From NCBI GenBank assembly GCA_036172245.1, contig JAYWIR010000046.1, forward strand, positions 1,364,001 through 1,428,000: a DNA stretch of 64,000 bases. The letters run 5' to 3'. Shown here piece after piece: positions 1 through 13,700 of this stretch (the stretch's first letter is position 1; each line of letters opens with the position of its first letter). Below the pieces are notes generated by a model. The model was not told the DNA's origin. It ran no database searches and saw nothing but the letters and a program-made list of their open reading frames with translations. The DNA is from Raillietiella orientalis (lineage: Eukaryota). The position numbers were made by a program, and so were the translations under genes.

Positions 1-1449
1 TGATGTCTTTCGCTCCTTCCACGTTCTCCATGAGCATCAGTCTATTAAACAGCTTTTAATGATACCCTGGAATTGTCTTCGAGACCACTTTGTTCGTCTG
101 CGAAGGCCGCGGTTGCGAAAGCTGTCATATTTGTTTCATCTCTGCGTAAAGCGCTCCGGGCTTCGAACTCAAGTGATAATTACGCCGTGATCTCGAGTGC
201 TAATTTTTCATGCCTGTTCACTCCGCATCGATTTATTGGTGTCCATAAATCACGCGTAGATCCGCTGTAGATCCATGGGATTCGCTGGTCGCTCGCGAAA
301 AGAGCCTCTCTCCCTCCTCGCGACCGACTCCCTTCCTTGCAGCGGCGACCGAACAATGCGGAGGACCAAGTGTTGCTGCTGTTGCTGCTCGCCGAGCTCT
401 GCGATTCGATCCGGGCGCGATGCACTCCCTCCCCATCGATAATCTCCGCCTGATCACATCATGGGAAACGGGGAGCCGCCTCGAGCCTTCGAGAGCGGGC
501 CCTCTAGAGGCAGGAGCTCTTGTTCTGCCTCAAGTGGTGCTTTCGACGGGACAACAGCTGCTGCTGCTTCAGGTAGTTCGTGCATCATTTATGTATCTCA
601 ATCTGCTCTGAGACGTATATCGCTGCTCCCTGGTTGACGGCGAACACTCACAATGTGGAAACACCCCCTCGAAAACCCCTTGAAAGAGACCCACGAACGC
701 TGGTCTCTTCCGTTTCGCTTAAGGACCATTTTCTTTCTCTCCTTGTGCGAACCGAGCTGGACGATGCAGGGAATTGTGGTCAATTCTGCAAGGATGCAGC
801 CTCATCTTCCTCATGATCTCCTGCACTCCAGAAAACCTGAGGATACTTTTTCTCTCTTTCCCGTGACTAGCAGCATGCACACCAAATGACGCCGCATCCA
901 GCCAATCCACAGATCAGCAAAGTCCTTTCAAAGATGAATGGAGGCATTAAGGATGAAGAGGGTAAGGGACTGAGGGACTTCGCAGTCACGTGACAGATCT
1001 CGTGAAGAAAAGCACGACGCGCGGTTTCGTGTGCGACCAAGCGCCTTTCGTATATGCCGGTTCAGAAGTTTGATGCTGAAAAGATGAACAGGCGACCACT
1101 TGCTAGATATTTCCTTCCCACCGAAATTAGTCCAGGTTCTGTTCCCGAAATAGTACTCGGTATGCGCTCAGAATGCGAAATTGCAACTTCGGTTGGCAAA
1201 AGTTCGGCTTCGGTTCTGCTCTTTGGGTCTCTTCCATGCGGAGAGAGATGGCCTCCCAAAGATATGCAGAGAGAGACTTCAAAGGCTTCACGATGAAGCT
1301 AAACAGTCCTGAAAGTCAGCAAATAACGAGAGCAGGCCAACAGGTCAAGATGGAAATAAAAGGAAAGGAAACAGTTGAACCCACTGGACGAAAGAAGGAG
1401 TTTCCGCATCGAAGATGGAAATAGAAAGGAAGAGAATGAAGGACCAGTA

Positions 1450-3700
1450 TAAAGTAGGAACGCCGATCATTCATTGATTTCTCGGAAGAATATGTCCCTG
1501 TCTGTATATCTCTGTGGGATTCGATTTACCGTCCAGAACATCTTCTAGTGCGGTGGACCGAAAAACCCGGACCTGAAACGGATCTGGAACCTCAAGACAA
1601 ATTCGCAGAAGGACAGTGCCAAGAAAACAAGGAGGCAGAACCACCAGCACCTAGACAGGTTTGAGGCTGGACGACATTCCGTTTCGACTTTGAAGCTTCG
1701 AAATCAGATGCTGCACTGAAGCAATATCCGGCGAAAATTTCTCACCTTACCTTCCTTGAAGATTATGATGAGGATTGCATTTCCCGAGAAGGCGCTCGAA
1801 AGCCAAAAGAAGAAATCACCTGCCAAACCACCGCACGCATTCTCCTCTCTGAAGTCAGAGATATACTGCCTGAGTGACTCTGAAGGCTCATTTGCGTGCA
1901 GCACCATTTACGGTCCTCAAGCTGGTGATTTGCTTGACGCTTACTGTGGACATTCAGTAGTCGGAAAGGCGCCTCTCTAAACAAACGAACGGAACGAATG
2001 CACTCAGAGCTTCGGCGCCAATGCCTTGTGGCTCCTCCGAAACCGGAAATCTGCATCAGATGAAGGATGGCGCTCACAACTAGATGGTGGTTATGTTGCC
2101 ATGGTTATTACTTGTACTAAAATGTGAATGAGCCTAACAATCCATCGGTCTCGATGCTTCCTTGCATGCAGAAGAGACTGTCAGAGTCGAGTGGAAATGC
2201 CACCCTGGCCATCTTTTCTTTTTTTGATCCAGGGTTTCGCTGAAAATGGATGATCGCGATACTTGAGGTCCTTAAAAGATTATTATTTGCATGACAGCAT
2301 ACTTTAATGAGTGAAGAGAAATCCCTCGTGGAGTAAAGACTTCATGATCTGATAAAGGAGATATCAAGGAAACCATTTTCGTTTACAATAAATCTGAGAG
2401 TTCTGTTTTATCAATGGCAGATGAGGAGGCATGCGTCTCCATGCAGTATTAGTATTACGCATTATTAGTATCCGGTGAGTTTCGAAGCTCGGAGCTCGGG
2501 AAAGATGGCAGAAAGATTCGGGAGTGAACATCATAGTTGGCAGCAGTGGGTGAGGTGGGAATTTTTTTCACGATCCTTCGGCATTAACAAATTCGAGAAA
2601 TACCCGAAGATGTTCTCACATCTCTCCAATCACCGTTCATTTCCTGTGTAATCAATGCTCGCACATCGGGAAAACGCTAGTGTCTTCTAGGCTGCAGTTT
2701 GTTTGGCCTAATCAGACGATCGATTTATCTTTACTTAACGTGGATTGTTTTGAGAATGAGCAGTTCTCTGCCGAGAAAATTGCATGACCTTCTTCTCATT
2801 AAAAAAAATAAAAAAAATCGAATTCCAGCAATTAAGTTTTGCACACCTCTTTTTAGCACAGTGATGGATGAGAATTCTGTAATTGGATGCGACTGATTTC
2901 CGTGTAGCAATTTGCCGTTCAGGAAGCATTCTCAGAGGTCATTTGGAATCTCGATGCTTGGAATCCGAAAGGTAAAAGTGAATGCCTACAGAGCAATCCG
3001 GTTTCCCATGACGGAACGCAGCTCAGATAAGCAGGAATTTTTCCCCTGTCAGCGGCATCTAGTAGCAAACATCACACATGCATTCCGTCGTAGAGAGAAT
3101 TTCGCCAAATTTGCAGTGGCAAGGGGCATCAGACGCAGTCTTTTCCTCCACAGGCACGCCCTGCAGGTTGCCGCTAAATAGCTTGCCTGCTATCCCTCTA
3201 CTGTTTTCTGAAGAAATCACTTTCTTCCACAACCTCACAACTCAATATGAGATGGAAGAATTTTCTTGACCGACACAGTGGAGAGTCTTACCGCTATGCA
3301 AATGTTCCTATTACAAGTTCCAAGGTAACGTTGACACAGAGTTGACGATGTTACAAGAAACACGTTAGTTCCATTAAAGGAATCAAGACTTGATCTGCGA
3401 AGAGTGAAAAACTAGACAAAGAGTGAAGACGGAAAAACCGGAATAAAAGTTTCGGGCTTAAAACGATCATCAGAAACTCGAAAATATCTGCTCCCCTGTT
3501 AGGTGAGGAGTCTTGAAATGCAAATAACTCCCTCACCACGCTAAAACCATGAGGCACCCTTGAGCTTCGAAAGACGGCAGCGAACCAGATGTGCCCGAAG
3601 AGCTGCTCAGATTTGAAATCAATAAAAGGAAATGTTTCAACATTCCCATGTGAAATTTTCCTATCGTTGAGAATATCCAAGATGTGTGCATCCCCATTAC
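1450..3700 (+). mobile_element. Highly decayed non-LTR retrotransposon ORF2 relic (CR1/L2/Jockey-like; linker, RT, C-terminal part)
   Basis: Corrupted motifs in canonical order across frames: LSDSEG...AGDLLDAY (cf. KAELLN.YF), EIPRGVKTS*SDKGD, GEVGIFF, SSRLQFV, ARGIRRSL, LKESRLDLRR. Confidence 0.4.
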
Positions 3701-4924
3701 TCAGGTCGGGACTGTATCAGGTTATGGATGTGCATCCAGAAAGGTCAGAGTTTCCGTGTGGAATGATCTGCGGTTCTTCACGTTAGAGGTGGAGCTCTGG
3801 CCCTAATAGCTTAGGAACCTTTTTTTTAGATTCCATAGGAAGAATTCTTTTGAAATCGCCTTCGTAAGTTTTCGAGACATCCATTCCTCGGGTGGCTAGC
3901 GCTATCCGGATGAACCAGGGATTTTCCCCATCTTGAGAGATTCCATAGATCTTTGTTCCTCAGCCTTGAAGGCGCAGATCAAGGACCCCCGAATCGATAG
4001 CCACGTAGATGGAAGCCAAGGCCCATTAGTGAGTGTGATCTCCACACAAAACGGCGAGCCGAGGAAAACTTCGGTCCGCTGGTGGAAGCAGAAAATCCGG
4101 ATCGCCTTCCTTCTTAGTTACATCCCCTTTTCCCGTCTTTCTCGTGGAGTACCCGAAGAAAGCATTTTGCTTCCGGTTACCTCGGGTACAAGGAAGGGGA
4201 TGTCCCTTCCTTGTACCCTTCAAGGGTTTTCAAGAGTTTCGTTTTTTGGGCGCGCGATTGCGCCTGCGACGAAGAGCTTCTGCTTTTCGTTCTGCCACAG
4301 TTTCAGAAACCAGCACTCATGCACCTACGGCACAGTTCAGTTTCCCGTGTTTCGTCGTGCTTGCTGGTAATTAGAGATTTTTAGAACTCCTCTTTCGAGG
4401 AAGGGCAAAACCGCATCCGCGTCGCATCCTCCGCACAAGGACCATCTCATGAAGTCGGTAATTCGAAGCTAAACTTCGACATCGGCAACTCAAGGTGCGC
4501 TCCGTCCCGGGAGATGAGCTGGATGCAGCATGTCCATACAACGTGAAGACGGATGCTTCTGTTCTGATGCCCTGGTCCTTCTCGGACACCTACAGAAAGG
4601 TGAACCGAGGGCCGAGTCGCTAAGCAAGAAGGGATGCCGAAGGAAAAAACATTGGAAGTTCCCATGGAAACGCGGCGAGAGAAAAGGACTCTCTCTGGAC
4701 TCTTTCCCTTTTCCGCGAGGCACGGAGGAAGCGGCTTGACAGCACAAAGGAAGCAGGAATTCCGGAATGTTGAATGGCTCTTCGAATCCAATGCCGTGTA
4801 GGGAAGATAGAAGAACATACCGAAGAAGAATTTTCTCAGATTAGGGACTGCTTCCTCACCCCATCGTCATGCAGCCACCCCACTGCACGGTAAGCACGTC
4901 CAAGCCGCTAAGACAATACTCGAA

Positions 4925-5800
4925 CGCCCGCCTCAGGCGTGAATTTGGCGATCTGCGCATCTCACGGATCGGACCAGGTCGCCCACGAGATGCTGGTGTT
5001 CCGAGAGGTTCTCTCGGCGGAGGTCCTGCTCATGGCGCCATTCTCAACGATGTGCTGGTCAGTGGGGGCTCGCTGCCGTGGCACTCCCTCTCCAAGGGTT
5101 GGCGCGCTGTGGAAGTGGAGAACCCGACCGTCTTCGGGACCATCAACAGGATTTTTCCGGACGAAATCGTGGATAGCGGCTACGGGTGGGCGGTCAAGGG
5201 GCTGCACAGCTACGCAGATTTCACGGTCCTCAGTTGCGTGGAGAACTCCCGGGCCGCTCCTATCAATGACCTCTACTGGGAGGATGTCTTACGGACGGAC
5301 GTCCCTCATGCCAGCAGGTATCTGGCACGAAGACCTTCTCGGGAGCCCAGGTGCTCGGCGATGTGGTGGTCTTCGGAACCGTGAACGGGGTGCGGGACGT
5401 GTCCCTGCCCTGCACTTTCCTCTCCTCCCTTCCTCCTCTTTCCATTCCTCTTCACCGTCTCCCCTTCCCTTCCTCTTCCTCTTCTCTTCCTTCTCCTTCT
5501 CCTTCTTCCCGAGCCTCCTCGCCCTCAGAGGAGCCACCAATGAGCTTCTTCCAGGTGCATCTTCAAGACTGGGCCAAGCCGGTGTTCAGGCTGGTCGTCG
5601 ACAAGGAAAAGCTCGGAAACTATGTCTCCGAAGGGAACGTAGACGTTTTCGGTGACGTCAACGAGACGAGGCAAAGGGGCGCTTCAATTCCCAGCATCGG
5701 TGGAGGCTGGCTGGTGGAGGACTTTGCTCCAGCGCTTCCGGGAGGCTCTTCCGAACTTTTTCAGGGAAGAGAAGCTCCCTTGAGCTGGCAAATGGGCTGA
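4925..5800 (+). pseudogene. Frameshifted fragment of a beta-rich repeat protein, possibly Closca/Fs(1)M3-like
   Basis: Stitching frames (shifts near 4935, 5038, 5310) gives recurring units: GVNL..., LNDV..., FGTINRIFPDEIV...VKGLHSYADFTV, INDLYWEDVLRTD...QQVSGTKTFSGAQVLGDVVVFGTVNGV, GNVDVFGDVN. GC-rich, coding-like sequence; family assignment is from memory of the motif. Confidence 0.4.
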
Positions 5801-8168
5801 ACTTATAGGAGGGAGCCAGGGACACCGAGCTCTCAGGGATATGCTGGAGGTCGCACCCCTAAGGCTCGCCATGGAGGCATGGCGTTCGTTTCTCGTCCCA
5901 TTCCCGGCTCCTGGAAGAGTGCTTTTTATCCTGAATCTCCTTCTCACTTGTCCCGTCTGAACCGCTGCAAGATCCACGTTCTGCTCGCTTTCTCCACGCG
6001 CAATACTCTCCTTAGCACCGGCGCATTGTCTTCCTCTGCTCTCAAGGCAGCGCTCGCCACCCATATCCAGTTCTGGGTCGCCTGTTGCGCTTTGACAGCA
6101 GAATCCGAAAAGAAGGCATCCTTTGTTTCCTAGACAAATCTTGTGATTTCATCAACTTCATCTTCAGCATCCGAATCTTACAAGCAATGTTTGCATCTTC
6201 TTTTTTTTTTCTGTTCCTCTTCGTGCATCTTGAGAAAATTCAGCCCTTCCTTTAATTCAGATCTCATCCCAGTGGCGCAGGCGCACTCCAGCGGAAGACG
6301 ACTCGAATAACTCCCAAGAGCCGTCCGTGCCGGCATCACGAAGATTGCTCGCATCTCCTCGAGGGCACAGCCCACGTTTCGACCAACGAGAGGGTCTTCC
6401 CCTGCGCTCGCCGCATCTTATGCACCCATAATTGACGCGCGTTACCGGGAAAGGTTTCGAATTCTTGAAGCTTCCCCTCCCCAACGTGTTCCCCTTTCAA
6501 ATGGTCGTTAATTAAGCGTTGCAGAGCGGCCGGGTCGTACCTGCGGGTTGTCGTGTTGTCTCTGAGCTGCGCTGCTATCCCCCCTCCTCCTCCCTCCTTC
6601 CTCCCCGGGAGACGTGAGTTCGGGCGGCAGAGTCATCAATTCATCCGAGACAGACTCAGAAGCTGCTCGCGAGCTCTCTCGGAGTATGTGGAGATCCCGT
6701 GATCCATCGTACACGAGCCAGAGAAGTGACAACCGGAAGGAGGATCTTTTTTATATCTCTTTTCCCATTCCAAAAGGCTCCCAGCCCCCTCTCCCCCTCT
6801 GCCCTTCCGTTATCCCCGTCCTGCCAAACAAGCGGGAGCCGATAGTCGAAGCCGCGCATCTTCGGCAGACGTTGCATTCACACCGGAAGGAAGGGAAGGA
6901 TCAGGTTTCCACTTTTCGGCTACGTTTCCTAGGCGCGTCGATAGCCCTTTCCCCCTCTCCCTGCGTTTCTCGCCCTCGCCAGGAGCTGGGCTCTCCGATT
7001 TTTCTCGACAGCGAGCTTCTGTTCTTTATCTTCTCGCGGCGAGATCCTGCGAGCCTATGCGGAGCCACTGTCCTTCGCCGGTCCTGCACTTTGATCCCAT
7101 CCAAAAAGGTCGGGAAACGGTTCCCCCCCCCCCTCTCCTTCACTGCGCGATCGGCTTCTGAGGAGGCTGGCGCGCAAGGAAGAGCGCGCGCGCCACCGCC
7201 CGGACCAATCACAAGCGGAGGAAGCAGCGTGGGGAACCCTGGTCCGAAGCGGCTTCATCCTGGGAAGCAGGATCGAATAAATGGGCATCCGTCGGGGAGC
7301 GGCTGTCGGCCATCTCCTCGAAGAAGGAGCCACCCTCAGCCGGGTTTGCTCTCTGTCGCTGCATGGCCTGAGGAATTCCCTTTCCGTCAAGCTCTTCTTA
7401 TCGGCAGAGAGCATCTTGCATCTCTCTGGGGTCGGCGGCTCCTCAGGCGGGTAGAGATGATCCCAACACAGTGCGGAAATCACGTGGATTTCGCGCCGCA
7501 ACTGGTTCCCCTCTCTCTCTTCCCGAGCGGTTGCTCGAAGAAGGAGGAAAGATGGGGAGAGAGGGACCAGCTAGCAGCAGCGACGGTGAAGCGCAGAGCG
7601 CTGTCCTTAGATCGCAATCCGGGCGCTGCAGCTTTGCGCCGACGACTGACTGGCGAGCGTCAGGAAAACTCAGCTCCTCCTCCCGTCGCTCAAGAGGATT
7701 TGCAGCAGAGTCTCCGTTTCAGTGTAGGGTCGAGTGCAGGCCCGGCGCACCGAAGGGGCTTGGCGCGTATTCCTTTCCTCGCGCTGCGCCTCCATGGGAA
7801 CTTACCCCAAGCTGATGAGATCGCTATCTCCTACGCGCGATCCGGACAACCCCGTGCAAAGGGCCTTCGAGATGAACTCAGCAGTGCCGAGTCAGAAGCA
7901 TCTCCTGACGGATCATCGTTCGACCTGATTGGTCAGATCTGAAGCTTGCCGAAGAAGCCAAGGGAAATCTTGGTTCGGGGTCGCCTCCGGCGTTTCGAGG
8001 GAGTCACTCGCTTCGCAAGAGGAACGGGTCCTGCCGCTCGTCCTTCAGGAAAACAGGAAGAATGGGAACTGGGCGAGTGGCGTGCGACGCAAACAGCCAG
8101 CACGACTCATCGCAACGAGTATTGAAAAACCGTTGGCTTCCTTAGGAAGAGGAGGATGGTTTACGATG

Positions 8169-8797
8169 TGACCCCGTAGGGACCACCCTATGAATCCAGG
8201 AAGGCTCCGGAGGAAGGAACCCGTTCCTCTTATTCTGAAAAAGGAACCCCTTCCTTGTTCTCTCCGGAGGGGTCCCTCGGAAGGGGATCTTTTTCTTCTT
8301 TCTCCTCCGAAGTGAACCCATAAAGGATCTGCTCCTAGAATTTTCTTCTCCGTAGGGAACCCGTAAGGGAATCGCTCCTTGTTACTCCTCTAAAGAGAAC
8401 CCCTAAGGGACACTTCCCAGTTTCTCTGAAGGGTCTCTCCTCAAGGGAGCAGTGCGTTTCTTGATACCCTGGGGAGACAACCCCCGAAGGGGGGCATCAA
8501 CCAGCTCCATGCTGCAGCCCCATTTTCACAAGCGGAGATGAACCCCGAAGGGCTCCTTGATTCCTGGAAATACCCAGAGGGTCAACTTACGAATCCCGGA
8601 CAGTCAACGGGGACACCCGGTTTCCACCAGTGCCACTCCCGAAGCCTGCAGGCCAATCAGCGTCATCCTGCGGGGAAGACTCGACACCCACAACGTCGAT
8701 CCTCCGCGTGGGTATTCGAACCCGCGACGCTTGGCACCACACGCAGAGACCTCAGCCACGCAGCCGCCCACGAGAGCGTGTGGCCGTAGCCACAACC
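8169..8797 (-). mobile_element. tRNA-headed SINE-like repeat, copy 1 (older, diverged)
   Basis: Homologous along its length to 45385-46160 and 55032-55707. Minus-strand head GGCGGCTGCGTGGCTGAGG...GGGTTCGAATACC carries Pol III A- and B-box-like motifs. Confidence 0.75.
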
Positions 8798-9089
8798 ACT
8801 GCGGGACTCATTCGAGGGCAGGAGCGAAGCCGTGGTGCTTGGAAAGGGCTGAAAGGGCAGCTCACAGCCCGGGTGCGCAGACCCGAAAGGGAGAGAAGCT
8901 GCGAAGCGGAGTCTCCCGAAATGGAAAACTTTCCGTTCGTTGCATTCGGTAACAACAGAGCGTCGACCGGGAGGGACGACCCCGATCTCCTTTGCTGAAG
9001 AATCTCAAGATGGAAACGACCGCTACTCCTCAACAAACACATTTATAACCAGACCGCGATTATGAAAAGTCATAACGAGTTAGTGACGC

Positions 9090-9570
9090 AAATCGGGAAG
9101 CCCATATTGAAACATGGGAAGTGGCGGTCGCCAACCGGGCCATTCCGAGAGCAGTTCCCAAGTGGAAGTCGGATCCAGCTCTTCAGAGAGAGGGGGAGGG
9201 AGGTAACATGCCGGGCGTGTTTGGGTGCATCACAACTCTTCATCAGCAATATTGGAAGATAATCGAGACAGACGAGAAGTAGAGTAAGCATTGAGGATTG
9301 GCTTCGCTAAAGGATTGTCCTGTATTGTAGGGGAGGCTGTCGTAGGATCCCTGCAATATTAAGATCCAGGAAAGGGAAAAAGCGTACAGGGGAGTCTTAG
9401 GAAGCAGGCGGAATGCAGCAAAAGGGAAGCCGTGTTCCCGAAACCCACACTGGAACACTGGGAATGGATGGCTGTCAACCGGGCCATTCCAGGAGCAGAT
9501 CCCAAGCGGAGGCCAGTTCCAGCGCTCCAAGAAGAGAGCATCGGTCACGCGGGACTTCGCCTGCCCTCAC
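9090..9570 (+). repeat. Degenerate direct repeat, two ~140-bp units (~9090-9230 and ~9435-9570)
   Basis: Shared core CAACCGGGCCATTCC..GAGCAG(T/A)TCCCAAG(T/C)GGA..CCAGC. Confidence 0.8.
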
Positions 9571-10329
9571 GAATATCCCCCAGCTGCGTCAGAAGAGGAG
9601 AGACGGCAGAAGGAAGGAGAGCGTGAGAGACGGGCCTTGCCTTCCTGTTCGCCTCCGAAGGAGTTCGCCTCCGTCGCCGTCGGTAGGAGCGGTCGTGGTG
9701 GGGAACAACGATGCGTTCGGAGAACTGAAAATTCTTTCAACGAAGCGGACAAAGCACGTCGCGAAAGAAGCAATGTGTGTCGGGAACACAGAGAATTCCT
9801 CCAATTGGGGAAGGTAGGAAGGAAACAGGACAGGACGCTGCCCGTCCGGTAGGAAAAACCATCGACAATAGCAGGAAGACTTGGGGAGAAGAGCTAATAG
9901 AAAGAGAGACGGCGGGAAAGGGCTTTCCTCCCCCTCATCTGTTTGCATCTCCTTTTCGACATTCACGCACAAAAGTCATCAGCCTGTAGGTACCGATTTC
10001 TGTCGCGTAGCTCGTGGCCTTTCCCAAGAACCAGGACAAACGCGTTCGTTGCATCGTGCCCTGATCGGGAACGTGCGACTCCGATGCAACCCCGCGCTGT
10101 TTCATCCGTCTACAAGGCTCGGACGACCGAATGTTCAGGTTTCGTTCCCACTTCGAAAAGGCCACCTTAGCAACAGGATTTCGCTGGCGCCACTCGGCAG
10201 TCGCCGTGGCCTGAAGGGAAAGATCGTTTCCATCCGTTTGTTGCTGTTACACAGTCATCACTCATTTCTCTCTTTCCCTAACTTTCGATGTCTCCTCCTC
10301 CCCCCCTCCCTTCCCCCCCTCCGGCTGTC

Positions 10330-11790
10330 TACGACTGTGCACCGGAGGTTATCCTCGAAACGAAACGCGCGCCCCATTTCCCACTGCGTAGCGGCTCCGG
10401 TCCCCTCGAAAGGAAAACTCTTCTCCGGAACAAGATAACGCATCTGTGTGACGATGTTATTCCAAACACGCTCGTATTCTCGGCTGTCACGCAGGGTGTG
10501 CGCGCATCTTGTTTTTTTTGTTCGGATTCGACCCGAGGGCGAAAATGAAAACCCCAGAATCAGACGAAAGTATGCGTATAAATCAGTCCAAAGGAGTCTC
10601 TTCTGCTCTTTCCTTACTCTGACCGACATCTTCATACCCTTAATTAAAACCGTTCTACTCCATTTTTTGCATGAGAAGCATAAAGGGTCCATTTGTATTG
10701 GAAAATGACGATAATTACATGGGAACCCTGCCCACTTCGTTAGAAGAGTGGAAGACACAGTGTTATGGAGATGACTTCAAACTCGCACAATACTTCGAAT
10801 ACCCTGTAGGCAATCTGGGAAATAACGCTGCAGTAAATTACAGCATTCTATTGGAACTGTCAGTTATACGATGGAGTCAGATTGACAGTCTTTATGGAAA
10901 ATTTATCTTATAGCTGACTCGAAGTCCATAGCGAGAAGGCATGGTCACTCCAGAAATTCTACAGCAGTGAAGCTATACTGTGGGAATAGAGTGGCTGGAA
11001 CCCCACCGTGGCTAGGATTTTGCGAAAAGTATTCTTGTGATCCATCCTTTGACCTTGTTTTTTTTTTTTTTCGTTTCTTTGCTTTTTTTTGCTGCTGTCA
11101 TTTCTTTCTCGTGCTGTTGTTTAAGAAACCTCCACATCTTTCGTCTCCACCTTGTGCACCCACGCGAGTCTGTTTGCACTCCGCGAGCACGAATTCTCCC
11201 ATTTGGATTGCTGAACTTGAAAATTTCGCCACTTGACTGCACCTTAGAACAGAACAGAGGGCGATGCTCCCAAGTGGATTTCCAAAGCTTGGGCATCGGG
11301 TTTATGGTGGACATCCATTTTCCGAAGCTGAAGCAGAGAGCTCTTTCGGCTTCCTAAGCACGTTGTGCCTAATAAGATTTGGATGTTGATGAACAAGCAC
11401 GACATCCGTTCGCTGAGATCATGTCCTTCGAAGCAGATATTCCTCCTCTTGTTAGAGATAAGTGCTGAGTTTTTAATTTTGGAGCTACAGATAAATCGTC
11501 ACTCTGACTGCAGACGCAACCTTCAACATCATAGTTTAGAGGTGCTGTTATTCAAATCAAAACTTTTCAACACCAGCGGATGCATTGGTTCCTTCTTATG
11601 AATCAACAGCAGAGTTACGTGGCACTTTTAAGGAGATGACCAATGGATTTCCGAAGCATTCATTGGCTATGTATCCGTACCAAAGAAAACACACACGCAC
11701 ACTCAACCGCCGTCTGTTTTTTATTACTGTTGCCATTATTAGGACATGGTATCAACCTATCACAGCCAAGGGGATTAAAGTAATGATCTT
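10330..11790 (+). mobile_element. Decayed non-LTR reverse transcriptase relic
   Basis: AYKSVQRSLF (cf. AFDSV), SIKGPFVL..NYMGTLP..L....CYGDDFKL (cf. SILGP.LF..Y..DLP / YADD.KL), and TRTLNRRLFFITVAIIRTWYQP (cf. ORF2 end RxxFFSxRVxxxWNxLP). Confidence 0.5.
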
Positions 11791-11999
11791 GTGATTTTTT
11801 TTTCCCTCTCCACAGATTACAATTTGTCATTCTTCTTTCAAAATGCCACTTTCATGCCATCCGGCTCTCGAAACAAAAGAAGTTCCCTTTCGTTTCCTCC
11901 ACTTGGCTGAAAGCGAAGCCAGAAAAGTAAAAGCAAAGTTTACGTCGGGAATATTCTAATCTTTGTCATCACAGACGAAAAATCTTTAGGCTAAGAGTA

Positions 12000-13700
12000 A
12001 GATACCAGTAGCAACAACTCATCTTCACTCATCAACTGCTCGTTACGACTTTCAAAGTGCCTTGGCTGTCTGACATCTGTGCTTCCTTCTCAGACATATA
12101 CAAACCCCGTTTTACAGTGCCATGCCCTCCTATGATTTCTGCTTCTCTTTAGGAATTGAGGGATTTTCTGTAAGCAGAGTTTCTGGTTCGCCGAATGACA
12201 TTGCTTTGCTTGTGTTTTGCTCTTGTGCTCTATGCTTTCCCCGGTGTGCAGGACTGATCGCTCCACAGGAAATAGGGGAGACTATCCGGAAAAACATCAC
12301 GTCCAAAACCTGGGAAGGAACCGCTCCAAATTCTAGTTTGGCTTGCGTGCGGAAACCCTCCTCAAAGAACTTTCGGAGGAAGGAAGCAAGAAGCAAATCT
12401 ACAAGATTCCCTGAGAACATCTTCCGACTGCCATCAGAGAGCGCGCGGTACTTCTGGAAACTCTCGGAAATCAATCGTTACTTCCAGATGCGAAGCTCCT
12501 GGAACAGAAAGATAAAAATGGCCTTAGTGGCATCCTCGTAAGGCAAGGTATCTTTTGGGCAGCTCAGGAGTGTTCCGCCGCACTTTGAGATCGCGCGTTC
12601 TCAAACAGAGGAAGATCCTTTTCCTTCTCGAGAACATCGAGGATTGCACTCACTGCCGCGGCAGAGTCTGGACCGACGAACATCAGGAGAGGCGCCGTTC
12701 AGAGAGTCTGAGCGATGCATTTTAAGGTTTGCGCGCTTGGGCCAAACGATTCGAGGAACAGTAATACCTCAGCTTCTCCAACGCAGCTCTAGTTTCTTGA
12801 AGAGTGAGGAAAATCAGGGGTTCCTTCATCCTATTTTGAACGACGAAAAGCAGTATGAAAAACGCTGGTGGCATGCAAATGTCCTCAATGGCACACTAAT
12901 TAGTGGGATGCATCTAAGCAAGCACAGGAAGCACTTTCCGTGGAATTATTGCCAAGGGGAAAACGGTTTTTCGTGAGCAGCACCACGGGTCGGCTTACAG
13001 ATCAATGAGCACGTTCCCAAAGGACGAACCAAAGAAAGGTGCTCATACGGTCGGGATCTTCTGGACTGTGAAAGCTGCAGGCGTCTCTTCGAGGAAAGAC
13101 ACTGGTCGTCGCCAGAAAACGGAACCCCTTCACGAGAATGATGCCTCAGTGGACAGTTCTAGACCGATCAAATGGCCACGATTTTGGCCGACAAAGATAG
13201 AGTTCCTGATGCAGTAGTGATCTGAATGTGCACAAGCAATCTTCGCATACTAAGCACTTCCTGATCGTTCGATTCACAACGCTTTCTGTAAGCGTGACTA
13301 CACGGTTGTTTAAGTCTTATCCGAACAGCAATTAGAGAATTCCGCAGGTGGTCGCCGGTCGCAGGAAGCGGTTTGATACAGCATGATGCTGTCCCACTGA
13401 AGGACATCGCCTTCCCTGATCCGCATGCCTCTCGATGAAGGAAATGCATGCCTCCCTGAGATGCAAGGCGTGGATTTCCCGTGGATTTCGCAGACTTCAG
13501 GCAATTTTGCGCTTCCCATGTACATGGAAAGGAAATCTCTCGATAGTTATTTTTTGGTTCGCCTTGCTCAAAGGTCCAGCATGCTTGAATCTGCCTGGAT
13601 GTTCGGTGACTTACTGACCACATACTTAAGCAGTAACTTATGCAATTGCTCGGCTTAGTCATTACCTTTCCTGATACAATGCCAGGCTTCACCGCCCTGA
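12000..13700 (+). mobile_element. Decayed non-LTR ORF2 relic (APE end to RT N-half)
   Basis: SPNDIALLVF, HANVLNGTLIS (cf. KANxLNxxFxS), KKGAHTVGIFWTVK (cf. KxxGPDGI), EPL..ASVDS..WPRFW, SNLRILS (cf. NYRPIS), in order. Confidence 0.4.

Noticed and set aside
7180..7230. Promoter-like CCAAT/GC-rich cluster
   Set aside because: Short motifs expected by chance; no linked gene identified.
6614..7942. Longest ORF in the track (442 aa)
   Set aside because: GTG start, R/S/P/G-rich, no recognisable domain, in GC-rich sequence; probably a chance ORF.
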